From Arenicellales bacterium (GTDB lineage: Bacteria > Pseudomonadota > Gammaproteobacteria > Arenicellales > JAHEKD01), in assembly GCA_028284225.1 (NCBI GenBank), contig JANQSD010000013.1, positions 136,422 through 200,421 on the forward strand: a stretch of DNA of 64,000 nucleotides, read 5' to 3'. Both the position numbers and the translations under genes were made by a program. Below are positions 7,845-17,122 of this stretch, in pieces. Every line of letters starts with the position of its first letter. Position 1 is the stretch's first letter. Under the pieces are notes generated by a model, which was not told the origin of the DNA, searched no databases, and saw only the letters and a list, made by a program, of their open reading frames with translations.

Positions 7845-9434
7845 ATGAATAATTACGACGCTATTGTTATCGGTGCCGGTCATAATGGTTTGGTGAATGC
7901 GTGCTATTTGGCTCGTGCCGACTTAAAAACGCTGGTATTGGAACGTAATCCATATATTGGTGGCGCATCAGTTACGCGTGAATTATATCCGGGATTTAGC
8001 TATACAAATTGTTCTTATGTATGCAGCCTGTTTAGACCGGAAATATTCCGTCAGCTTGAACTTTCCAGGCACGGCTTACAAGTCATTCCTTATGATGGCG
8101 GTTGTACATTTACACAAGACGGAAATTACCTGGCCACTTATAATGATCATGAGGCGCAGCGCCGCGAGTTTGCCAGGTTTAGTGCGAGGGATGCCGAAGC
8201 CTATGATGATTATGCAACTGATGTAATGCGGCATTGTAGGTTCATCAAACCCTGGCTATTACGAACACCACCTGATCCTGTATCAAGAAAAGCTAAAGAC
8301 ATCAAAGGGCTTTGGCAACTTTACAAAGATTTACAAGTACTTACTGAGGCGCAAATCTACGATACGCTGGAGTTTTATACTATTAGCTGTGGTGATTATT
8401 TAAATCGCTACTTTGAATCGGACGTCATTAAGGGGCATATTTCCAATAGTTCAATCATCGGTACCGGGCTTGGTCCATATTCACCTGGATCAGCTTATGT
8501 TCTATTGCATCATTATATGGGTGAAGTCGATGGCCGCATAGGGTCGTGGGGGGTGGCACGTGGTGGTATGGGCGCGATAGCCAATGCACTGGCCAGTTCA
8601 TTCAAAGCCAGCCAGGGTGAAATTAAAACCGATTGTAGCGTGGAAAATCTAATCGTTAAGGAAGGTAAGGCTGTGGGTGTCGCCCTGGAAAATGGTGATG
8701 AATATTATGCAGATACTATTGTTTCAAATCTGGATGTTAAGCGTACCTTTCTTAAAGTCGTAGATAAGCAACACTTGCCGCAAGATTTTGTTACTCAGGT
8801 ACAGCAGTTTAAGATTCGTGGCTCTTCTGGAAAATTAAATATAGCACTGGATGGAATGCCGACATTTCCTGCTCTACCTGAAGGTTCAACCGCTATTCGC
8901 GGACATGTCAACATTATTGATAGTATGGAACGGCTGGAGCGGGGTTATGATGACTGGAAAAACGGAACCTGGTCTAAAGACCCTTTTGTTGATTTGCTCA
9001 TCCCCACCCAGACTGACCCGACAATGGTGCCTCCCGGCAAGCAAATGATGTCCGTTTTTGTGCAATATGCGCCGCCTGTTCTAAACACCGGTGAGTGGAC
9101 TGAAGAAGATAAACAGGCCTTTGGGCAAACTGTTATTGATGCGATTGCACAATATAGTCCCGACTTCAAAGATCTGATTTTGCATGCTGAAATCAGAACT
9201 CCTCAAGACATAGAAAACGAAGCAGGTTTGACTCAGGGCAACATATTTCACGGAGAGCTGACACTGGATCAGCTCCTGTTTAACCGTCCCATACCCGGCT
9301 ATGCACAGTATCGTTCTCCCATACCCGGATTTTATATGTGCGGTTCCAGCACCCACCCGGGAGGCGGGGTGATGGGCGCTCCAGGTGCTAATGCAGCGAG
9401 GGAAATATTGGCCGACAAGAGGATGACTGTATGA
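7845..9434 (+). CDS. FAD-dependent oxidoreductase, PYROXD2/phytoene-desaturase (CrtI)-like family, copy A
   Basis: 529 aa. Motifs seen: 'YDAIVIGAGHNGLV', 'GSAYVLLHHYMGEVDGRIGSWGVARGGMGA' and C-terminal 'GNIFHGELTLDQLLFNRP...YMCGSSTHPGGGVMGAPGANAA'. Its stop overlaps the next start (ATGA, 9431-9434). Confidence 0.8.
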   Translation: MNNYDAIVIGAGHNGLVNACYLARADLKTLVLERNPYIGGASVTRELYPGFSYTNCSYVCSLFRPEIFRQLELSRHGLQVIPYDGGCTFTQDGNYLATYNDHEAQRREFARFSARDAEAYDDYATDVMRHCRFIKPWLLRTPPDPVSRKAKDIKGLWQLYKDLQVLTEAQIYDTLEFYTISCGDYLNRYFESDVIKGHISNSSIIGTGLGPYSPGSAYVLLHHYMGEVDGRIGSWGVARGGMGAIANALASSFKASQGEIKTDCSVENLIVKEGKAVGVALENGDEYYADTIVSNLDVKRTFLKVVDKQHLPQDFVTQVQQFKIRGSSGKLNIALDGMPTFPALPEGSTAIRGHVNIIDSMERLERGYDDWKNGTWSKDPFVDLLIPTQTDPTMVPPGKQMMSVFVQYAPPVLNTGEWTEEDKQAFGQTVIDAIAQYSPDFKDLILHAEIRTPQDIENEAGLTQGNIFHGELTLDQLLFNRPIPGYAQYRSPIPGFYMCGSSTHPGGGVMGAPGANAAREILADKRMTV

Positions 9435-10999
9435 GCAATCAATACGACATCATTATCATCGGAGCAGGACTCAATGGATTAGTATGCGCCAATATTCTGG
9501 CTAAAAAAGGCCGCAAGGTGCTAGTGCTGGAAGCCAACAAACAAGTCGGAGGTCTGGCCAATACACGGGAATTTGCAAGCGGTTTTAAAGTTTCGGCGGG
9601 TGCTCATCTGCTCTATGGCTTGCACCCTGATATATACCGACTCTGTGACGTACAGGAATCAAAAATTGAATTTGCCGATAAAAATATTTCCACATTAGTC
9701 ATTAACCAAAACAAGGAATTTATTAATTATTCAAGCGGAGAGGATTCACAAATTATTTACAGTAGCTCATTGTCTGAACAACAAAATTCAGATTGGAGCA
9801 ACTTTCAAAACCGGATGAAAACCTTCAGCGATATTTTATTCGATCTCGCTAACAAAACGCCGCCCCGATTAAAGAATGGTTCAATACAGGATTATAAAAC
9901 CCTGTTCAACACCGGTTTAAAGCTTAAACGTCTTGATAAACAAAATTTGCGCCAATTCCTGAGAATAATTGGCATGAATATATATGATCTGGCAGATGAA
10001 AGTTTCACAGATAACTTACAAAAGGCTGCCATTTGTTTTGAATCAGCCCTTGGTACACGATTGGGGCCGAGAGCGCCGAATACCGTCTACAATTGGCTTA
10101 ATCGTTATTCAATCATTAACCGACAACCTGCGGGTTTAAGTGTGCCTAGAGGAGGTATAGGGAGCTTGTCTCAGGCATTTGCCAACGCCGCCTTGATCAA
10201 GGGTGTGGATATCAGTGTTTCCAGCCGAGTAGAAAAAATTCTGATTGCTGACAATCAAGTCAAAGGTGTGCAATTATCTGGCGGTGAAAAATTTGCTGCC
10301 CGGCAGGTTATTTCTAATGCAGACATTAAAAAAACCATGTTATCCATGGTTGGCCCCGAAAATATTGATACGGATGTAGTCAGGCGCGTTTCGTATATTC
10401 CTATGCAAGGCACCACAGCCAAAATGCATTTAGCGTTAAATCAGCTGCTTGAGCCCATAACTCATAACGTAAGCGATTTTCAATCAAGAATTATTTACGC
10501 GCCTGATGCAGATTTTATTGAGCGAGCCTCAAACTCGATCAAATACAACCAATACACTCATGAACCAACTTTTGAGATTACATTTCCATCGGTACAGGAT
10601 TCAAGTTTAGCGCCGGCAGGTAAACATGTAATGTCGGTTCTGATTCCGTATGTACCTTATGAACATAAAGAGGGTTGGGCCCAGCGCAAAGAGCGATTTG
10701 AAAACCATATTATCGAACAGCTTGAATATATTTTTCCGGGCATACATGCGGCAATAGAGCATGTTGAAACGCTAACACCTGCTGATATTGAACGGCAGTT
10801 TAATATTACCGGCGGGCACTGGCATCACGGTGAGATTGGCCTGGAGCGTTTTATGATGCTAAGGCCAACTGCTGGATTTGCCCAATACAAGACACCCATA
10901 GATGGATTATTTCTATGTGGGGCCGATTGCCACCCGGGTGGTGATTTAAGCGGTGCCCCGGGTATGAACGCAGCGAACACGGTGTTACAAAGCAAATGA
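9431..10999 (+). CDS. FAD-dependent oxidoreductase, PYROXD2/CrtI-like family, divergent copy B
   Basis: 522 aa. Motifs seen: 'YDIIIIGAGLNGLV' and C-terminal 'GGHWHHGEIGLERFMMLRP...LFLCGADCHPGGDLSGAPGMNAA'. It has 4-nt overlaps with both neighbours. Confidence 0.75.
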   Translation: MSNQYDIIIIGAGLNGLVCANILAKKGRKVLVLEANKQVGGLANTREFASGFKVSAGAHLLYGLHPDIYRLCDVQESKIEFADKNISTLVINQNKEFINYSSGEDSQIIYSSSLSEQQNSDWSNFQNRMKTFSDILFDLANKTPPRLKNGSIQDYKTLFNTGLKLKRLDKQNLRQFLRIIGMNIYDLADESFTDNLQKAAICFESALGTRLGPRAPNTVYNWLNRYSIINRQPAGLSVPRGGIGSLSQAFANAALIKGVDISVSSRVEKILIADNQVKGVQLSGGEKFAARQVISNADIKKTMLSMVGPENIDTDVVRRVSYIPMQGTTAKMHLALNQLLEPITHNVSDFQSRIIYAPDADFIERASNSIKYNQYTHEPTFEITFPSVQDSSLAPAGKHVMSVLIPYVPYEHKEGWAQRKERFENHIIEQLEYIFPGIHAAIEHVETLTPADIERQFNITGGHWHHGEIGLERFMMLRPTAGFAQYKTPIDGLFLCGADCHPGGDLSGAPGMNAANTVLQSK

Positions 11000-12192
11000 T
11001 TAATTTTTCACGCTCACTCGAACCGAACAATACCATGGTGATTCCAACACCATTTCATGAACGTAGTTTTGCTGCGAACAGGCGAGGGCATTGGACCAGC
11101 TGGGCCGGCTACACTATCGCCGATGAATATACACATGCAGATCTGGAATATTTTGCAGTACGCAATCAATGTGGTGTTTTTGATCTAACACCAATGATCA
11201 AGTACCACATTTCCGGGGTTGATGCCGAGGCTTATTTGAATAAATTATTTACCCGCGACATTAGAAAAATAAAAGCCTCGCAAGTTGCCTATGTACTATT
11301 TTGTAATGAATCCGGTTACACCCTGGATGACGGGACCTTATTTAAATTTTCAAACTCCGAGTATATTTTTTGCTCTCAGGACCGGCACCTGCCATGGCTG
11401 CTGGACAGCGCAATCGGTTTCGATGTCGAAATCAAAGACAGGACTGATAAAATCGCGGCATTAGCCGTGCAGGGTCCAACATCAGCTGCAATCTTGAAAC
11501 GAATGGGCTTAGACGGCATTGAAAATCTGCCTCCATTCCAGATGCAGTCATTCCAATATCAGCGTGATGACTTGATTGTTTCTCGAACTGGTTTTACCGG
11601 TGACTTAGGTTATGAATTATGGATTGATCCGTATCTTGCAATTAAGCTTTGGGATGATCTGTTTACCTGCGGACAAAACTACGGCATTGAACCCTTTGGC
11701 TCCAAAGCACTGGAAATGTTGCGTATTGAAGCCGGATTTATTTTGCCGCATAAAGATTTCCTGCCGGCAAATCATGTCATTCGCGTTAATCGAGGGCGTA
11801 CACCATTTGAATTGGGTTATGGCCGGCTGGTTGATTTCGACAAGGGATTTTTTAATGGCCGCCAGGCATTACTCAAAGCACAGCAAAATGGGCCACGTTA
11901 CCAACTGGTGGGATTAGAAATAGACGGTAACAAACCCGCTTACGACGCTTGGATTTATCAAAACAAGCGCAAAAATGTCGGTACGATTACTTCTGCCATG
12001 TGGTCACCTTCTTGTAAGACTAACATAGCCTTGGCCTGGTTAGATGCTAACGCTAAAACCGACAACCTTTGGGTTGATATTTACACCAATAAAGAACTTA
12101 AATGGCACAAGAACATGGTGTCATGCAAAGTTGTAAAGCGTCCTTTTTTTAACCCCGCCAGAAGAAATGCTGTACCAGCATTAGATTTTTAA
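10996..12192 (+). CDS. Aminomethyltransferase-family (GcvT-like, folate-binding) protein
   Basis: 398 aa. 'YFAVRNQCGVFDLTPMIKYHISGVDAEAYLNKLFTRD', 'ALAVQGP' and 'RTGFTGDLGYELW' are typical T-protein/DmdA-family motifs. Its start overlaps the stop of copy B (ATGA, 10996-10999). Confidence 0.8.
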   Translation: MINFSRSLEPNNTMVIPTPFHERSFAANRRGHWTSWAGYTIADEYTHADLEYFAVRNQCGVFDLTPMIKYHISGVDAEAYLNKLFTRDIRKIKASQVAYVLFCNESGYTLDDGTLFKFSNSEYIFCSQDRHLPWLLDSAIGFDVEIKDRTDKIAALAVQGPTSAAILKRMGLDGIENLPPFQMQSFQYQRDDLIVSRTGFTGDLGYELWIDPYLAIKLWDDLFTCGQNYGIEPFGSKALEMLRIEAGFILPHKDFLPANHVIRVNRGRTPFELGYGRLVDFDKGFFNGRQALLKAQQNGPRYQLVGLEIDGNKPAYDAWIYQNKRKNVGTITSAMWSPSCKTNIALAWLDANAKTDNLWVDIYTNKELKWHKNMVSCKVVKRPFFNPARRNAVPALDF

Positions 12193-12203
12193 GGGAAAAA
12201 CCC

Positions 12204-13652
12204 ATGATGAAAACTGAACAATTACAGCATCTCGATAATCAATTCGTGCACCCCTGGGAAGACGTTAAATCAATCGGTAAAAACAAACGCACCGTTATAA
12301 CCGGTGGAACAGGTATCTATGTAACCGATTCAGATGGCAATCGCTTAATCGATGGGCCTGCTGGTATGTGGTGTGTCAATATTGGGCACGGCCGTGAAGA
12401 AATGGCGCAAACTATCGCATCTCAATGTATGCAGCTTTCTTATGTTAGCCCCTGGAGTTTGGCTAATTCTCCAGCTGCCAAATTAGCAAATAAACTGGTT
12501 TCTATCGCGCCGGAGGGGATGAATCATGTGTTCTTTACTACCGGCGGCTCAACAGCAGTTGATTCAGCATTGCGATTTTTGATTTTCCGTAATAATTTTC
12601 TTGGCCAAACGGAGAAAAAACATTTTATCTCACGTGCCAATGCCTATCATGGCAGTACTTTTTTATCCTCTTCTGCTTGCGGCAAAACCCGGGATAAGAA
12701 CTTTAACGATTTTGATAAAGAACATTTTCACTTTCTAAGTGACCCTAATCCTTATCGTCGCAAACAAGGTCAATCTATTGAAGAATTTCGTCAATTGTTG
12801 GTCGACGAACTTGAGCAGAAAATTCTGGAGTTAGGCGCCAATAAAGTAGCTGCTTTTATTGCGGAACCGATTCTTGCCTCCGGTGGTGTAATCATTCCTC
12901 CAGACGGCTATCACAAAGCCTGTCATGAGATTTGTAGAAAGTATGATGTCGCCTATATATCTGATGAGGTTGTTACAGGATTTGGTCGCTTGGGCCATTT
13001 TTTCTCGAGTAAAGTGGTATTTGACATCGATGCGGATATTATTACTTGTGCAAAAGGTTTGACATCGGGCTATGTACCATTAGGCGCATTCCTGGTTTCA
13101 GACAGACTTTTGGACGATTTTAAAGATACCGATGAAAGCACCGGTGTTTTTTCAAACGGTTATACGTATTCAGGCCATCCTGTTTCATGTGCAGCAGCGT
13201 TAAAGAACATTGAAATTATTCAAGACGAAAAAATTTTAGAACATGTTCGTGAGGTTTCACCATATTTCCAGCAACGTTTGCATGGATTTATAGATTATCC
13301 AATCGTAGTCGATACACGTGGCATGGGGCTAATGGGTTGTATAGAATGTGAAATTAACCCTGAACAAAATGACCAGCAGCAAAGCACCGATCAGAAAGGT
13401 TATGCAGTGCCAAGGTCAAGCCCTCCACAAATATCAAAGGCAGATAAATTAGCCATTGATTACGATCTTGGCAATAGAATCGACAAACACTGTCAAGCGC
13501 TGGGTTTAATCGTCAGACCTATTATCAATATGTGTGTATTTTCACCACCATTGGTTATTACTAAAAAGCAAATCGATGAAATGTTTAATTTACTGGAAAA
13601 GGGCCTGCAACTGACCATGAAAGATTTATCAAGTGAAGGGCTGCTGGATTGA
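12204..13652 (+). CDS. Class-III (omega) aminotransferase, SpuC/putrescine-pyruvate-aminotransferase-like
   Basis: 482 aa. Motifs seen: 'GPAGMWCVNIGHGREEM', 'FFTTGGSTAVDSA', 'AEPILASGGVIIPP', 'ISDEVVTGFGRLG' and 'CAKGLTSGYVPLG' (PLP-lysine region). Confidence 0.85.
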   Translation: MMKTEQLQHLDNQFVHPWEDVKSIGKNKRTVITGGTGIYVTDSDGNRLIDGPAGMWCVNIGHGREEMAQTIASQCMQLSYVSPWSLANSPAAKLANKLVSIAPEGMNHVFFTTGGSTAVDSALRFLIFRNNFLGQTEKKHFISRANAYHGSTFLSSSACGKTRDKNFNDFDKEHFHFLSDPNPYRRKQGQSIEEFRQLLVDELEQKILELGANKVAAFIAEPILASGGVIIPPDGYHKACHEICRKYDVAYISDEVVTGFGRLGHFFSSKVVFDIDADIITCAKGLTSGYVPLGAFLVSDRLLDDFKDTDESTGVFSNGYTYSGHPVSCAAALKNIEIIQDEKILEHVREVSPYFQQRLHGFIDYPIVVDTRGMGLMGCIECEINPEQNDQQQSTDQKGYAVPRSSPPQISKADKLAIDYDLGNRIDKHCQALGLIVRPIINMCVFSPPLVITKKQIDEMFNLLEKGLQLTMKDLSSEGLLD

Positions 13653-13655
13653 AGT

Positions 13656-14873
13656 ATGAGTTCGCTCGCACCTGCATTGAGTTTTGACATTAAAAGCCTG
13701 GTTCACAGGCAAAAACCTGGGTATTCGCTCGAACAAATTTTCTATGTTGATCCGGAAATTTATAATCATGATTTGGAAAAAATTTTTTTCGCCGATTGGT
13801 TATACATCTGCCATAGCTCCCAAATTCCAGATCCGGGGGATAGCTATACCTACGATATTGATAAGGAATCGATTATTGTTAGTCGAAATCAATCTGGAAA
13901 TATAAATGCATTCGCTAACGTTTGCCGCCATCGTGGTTCCAGAATTTGTGAGTCCGGTAAAAGCACTCAAAAACGTTTTGTCTGCCCTTATCATGCCTGG
14001 ACTTATGACTTAGATGGTGAACTTTTGTCTGCCAGACAGATGGGAGAAGACTTTGATAAATCACAATTCAAGTTGAACAAATTACCTATTGAAGTGTTTT
14101 GCGGTTTTATATTTGTCAGTTTGTCCTCAAATCCGATACCCTTTGCAGAATTAAAGCAGAATCTTAAAGCGCCATTGTCTGTTTTCGATCTGGACAACAC
14201 TAAAGTTGTTGCGCATGAAGTTCATCCCATACATGCAAATTGGAAGCTGGTATTCGAAAATTTTGATGAATGCTATCACTGCGGCCCTGCACATAAGGAG
14301 TTTTCGGCCTCACACTCTCTCATGTTGAGTGATGAGCGGCGTACAGAATTTGATCAACAGATCACCCTGCGAGCACAGGAAATCGGCATATGTGCTGATG
14401 AAATTAAACTTGACCAGCCTGAAGCATTAATGAAACAACAAGCGCCGTATCATTATGATCGCTACGCGTTATTTGACGGATATTTAACCGGCAGTGAAGA
14501 TGGAAAGCCTGTTGCACAATTATTGGGCAATATTCAAGACTATGATAGCGGCGCCAGTAATGTTCAGCTTGGCAATTTAACATTCTTACTCGTCTATTGT
14601 GATCATGTGGTGCTGTATCGATTTACACCGCGTGCAGTAGATTTGACTGATGCGGAAATAATTTGGCTAGTTCGCAGTGACGCAAGTGAACATGATGTTG
14701 ATCTTGAGCGCATGAAATGGTTATGGAATGTCACCACAATTGCTGACAAGGACATCATTGAACGTAACCAAAAAGGTGTATTATCACGTTTCTATCAACC
14801 CGGGCCTTATGCACCTATGGAAATCTATACGATTAATTTTATACAATGGTATTTACAAGCAATCGTAACTTAA
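13656..14873 (+). CDS. Rieske [2Fe-2S] non-haem-iron oxygenase, alpha-subunit type (GbcA/CntA/Stc2-like)
   Basis: 405 aa. Rieske motif 'CRHRGSRIC...CPYHAWTY'. Mononuclear-iron region 'NWKLVFENFDECYHCGPAH'. Confidence 0.85.
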   Translation: MSSLAPALSFDIKSLVHRQKPGYSLEQIFYVDPEIYNHDLEKIFFADWLYICHSSQIPDPGDSYTYDIDKESIIVSRNQSGNINAFANVCRHRGSRICESGKSTQKRFVCPYHAWTYDLDGELLSARQMGEDFDKSQFKLNKLPIEVFCGFIFVSLSSNPIPFAELKQNLKAPLSVFDLDNTKVVAHEVHPIHANWKLVFENFDECYHCGPAHKEFSASHSLMLSDERRTEFDQQITLRAQEIGICADEIKLDQPEALMKQQAPYHYDRYALFDGYLTGSEDGKPVAQLLGNIQDYDSGASNVQLGNLTFLLVYCDHVVLYRFTPRAVDLTDAEIIWLVRSDASEHDVDLERMKWLWNVTTIADKDIIERNQKGVLSRFYQPGPYAPMEIYTINFIQWYLQAIVT

Positions 14874-14885
14874 CAGGGACCTACT

Positions 14886-15236
14886 ATGATCAAAACAGCA
14901 GCCGATTTAATCGCCGATGCACAAACCAAGATTAACTGCGTTAATGTAAAGCAGGCAAAAGAACTGTACCAGGCTTCTGATAATGCAGTCATTCTGGATG
15001 TGCGAGAAGCTGACACGGCGGAAAAATCAAAGCTAAAAGATTCAGTCAATATTTCACGGGGTCTGATCGAAATGAAGGTGCCCAACTTGTGCTCTGATCC
15101 TGACACACTGATTTTGACACACTGTGGTGGGGGAGGCAGGGCTTCATTGGCAGCAGCCACCTTAAAGGAAATGGGCTATAACAATGTTCATGCGGTTACT
15201 GCTACCTATGAAGATATTAAAAAAGAATTTGGCTGA
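14886..15236 (+). CDS. Single-domain rhodanese (sulfurtransferase-like) protein
   Basis: 116 aa. Active-site loop 'LTHCGGGGRAS'. It is the last gene of the plus-strand operon. Confidence 0.8.
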   Translation: MIKTAADLIADAQTKINCVNVKQAKELYQASDNAVILDVREADTAEKSKLKDSVNISRGLIEMKVPNLCSDPDTLILTHCGGGGRASLAAATLKEMGYNNVHAVTATYEDIKKEFG

Positions 15237-15319
15237 CCAGTTTATCTACAACTATAAACGCGTTTAACTTGGAATGATTAGCCAGAACCTGTTTTAAAAC
15301 AGCCCTGAGAAATGTAGAT

Positions 15320-16186
15320 TTAAGCCGTAGTTTCTGTATCGAAGTCGAGCTTGTCTGCAGCTGCCATTTGCTGATCACGCTGCCGTTGCTTTTCCTGGCG
15401 CCACATAATGTAGCCAGCCAGTATTACACCAATAGCCACCGTAACAATAATAATAGTCGCCAGTGCATTAATATCAGGCCTCAATCCCAGGCGAATTCGG
15501 GAGTAAATCAAAATGGGTAACGTATTCGACCCCGGACCTGTAACAAAGCTGGCAATTACCAAGTCATCCAGCGAAAGCGTAAATGCCAACAACCATCCCG
15601 CTAACATGCCCGGTGCAAGTATCGGCAGGGTAATATCAGTTAATACTCTTAACGGTTTCGCCCCTAAATCCTGGGCAGCTTCTTCCAATGATTCATCCAT
15701 ACCGGTTAAACGAGACTGAATAATCACAGCGACATAGGCCATTGAAAAGGTGATATGTGCAATGGTAATCGTGGTAAATCCACGTTCAGATGGCCAACCA
15801 ATGAATTGAGACAAAGTAATAAATAGCAATAGTAGTGACAGGCCAGTGATAACTTCCGGCATAACCAATGGAGCCGAAATCATCCCGGAAAACAGGGTTC
15901 TGCCCCTAAAACGACCAAAACGCACTAATGCCAAACCAGCAAGAGTACCCATTAATGTTGCAAAGGTTGCATTGACGACTGCGATTTTCAGGCTTAACAA
16001 CAGGGCTTGCCAGACTTCTGGGCTTTCAAACAACACCTTGTACCATCTAAAAGAAAAACCTCCCCAGATAGGCACAATTTTAGAATGGTTAAATGAATAA
16101 ACAATCAACAACACCATGGGGATATATAAAAACGCCAGCCCAAAGCAAAGCATTGAAAACATGAAGGTAGAGCGTTGCTTTTTCAT
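15320..16186 (-). CDS. potI: Polyamine (putrescine-type) ABC transporter permease
   Basis: 288 aa, multi-TM. Contains the EAA-type loop 'EEAAQDLGAKPLRVLTDITLPIL'. Its start overlaps the upstream permease stop by 1 nt. Confidence 0.8.
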   Translation of the reverse strand: MKKQRSTFMFSMLCFGLAFLYIPMVLLIVYSFNHSKIVPIWGGFSFRWYKVLFESPEVWQALLLSLKIAVVNATFATLMGTLAGLALVRFGRFRGRTLFSGMISAPLVMPEVITGLSLLLLFITLSQFIGWPSERGFTTITIAHITFSMAYVAVIIQSRLTGMDESLEEAAQDLGAKPLRVLTDITLPILAPGMLAGWLLAFTLSLDDLVIASFVTGPGSNTLPILIYSRIRLGLRPDINALATIIIVTVAIGVILAGYIMWRQEKQRQRDQQMAAADKLDFDTETTA

Positions 16187-17121
16187 TAAGATTCACTCTC
16201 CTTTGACTGAATATGTTGATACAACATCATTGGCGCTACCAGCACTATTAACAAAGCAATGGCTACTGCAGAGGCAACCGGCCAGTCATGGTTATTATTA
16301 AATTCATTGTAAAGCACTTTGCCTATCATCAAGGAGTTGCCGCCGCCAAGTAGATCTGGGATAACGTATTCACCTGTGGCAGGAATAAACACCAAGAGTG
16401 ACCCGGCAATTATTCCCGGCATGGTCATCGGCAATGTAACAGTCAAAAAAGTAGTGATCGGTTTTGCTCCAAGATCAGCCGCAGCTTCGTGCAAGGTTAT
16501 ATCCAGCTTTTCCATGTTGGCATAGAGCGGCAAGATCATAAAAGGCAAATAGGAGTAAACAATGCCTAAATAAACCGCAAACTGGGTATAAAGCATGCGT
16601 ATGGGTTGATCGATAATACCCAACCAGATAAGTAAATTATTAATCGTGCCCTGATCGGCTAATAGCCCCATCCAGGCATATACACGCAGTAAAAAAGAAG
16701 TCCAGAAGGGAAGAATAATCAACATGAGTAGAATATTCTTTTTGGTAGGACTAGAACGGACAATTGCATAAGCCATCGGATAACCGATAATTAAGCAAAT
16801 CAATGTTGATATAAATGCAACTTTAACTGAGTTTATATACGTCGTAATGTATAGTTCGTCTTCCCATAAATAAGCGAAGTTATCAAACAGCACTCTGATT
16901 TGTAATGCACCGTCTTCCGCCCATTGAAATAGAGATGAAAATGGAGGGCTGGCAATCAGAGATTCAGCAAAGCTTATTTTTAATACAATAAAAAATGGAA
17001 CCAGAAAGAAAATGAACAGCCAAATATATGGAATACCTACAACCAGAGTTTTCCAGCTGGACTGAAGTTTATAACTCAGGTTTTTTACCAATGAATTCGA
17101 GATTTGACTAGCTTCAGACAT
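16186..17121 (-). CDS. potH: Polyamine (putrescine-type) ABC transporter permease
   Basis: 311 aa, multi-TM. Contains 'HEAAADLGAKPITTFLTVTLPM'. It follows the ATPase gene with a 1-nt gap. Confidence 0.8.
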   Translation of the reverse strand: MSEASQISNSLVKNLSYKLQSSWKTLVVGIPYIWLFIFFLVPFFIVLKISFAESLIASPPFSSLFQWAEDGALQIRVLFDNFAYLWEDELYITTYINSVKVAFISTLICLIIGYPMAYAIVRSSPTKKNILLMLIILPFWTSFLLRVYAWMGLLADQGTINNLLIWLGIIDQPIRMLYTQFAVYLGIVYSYLPFMILPLYANMEKLDITLHEAAADLGAKPITTFLTVTLPMTMPGIIAGSLLVFIPATGEYVIPDLLGGGNSLMIGKVLYNEFNNNHDWPVASAVAIALLIVLVAPMMLYQHIQSKESES

Positions 17122-17122
17122 G

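Noticed and set aside
15289-15302. CTGTTTTAAAACAG palindrome between the convergent rhodanese and potI genes as a bidirectional terminator
   Set aside because: It is a loop-less AT-rich 14-nt palindrome without flanking T-runs, which is insufficient for an intrinsic terminator call.
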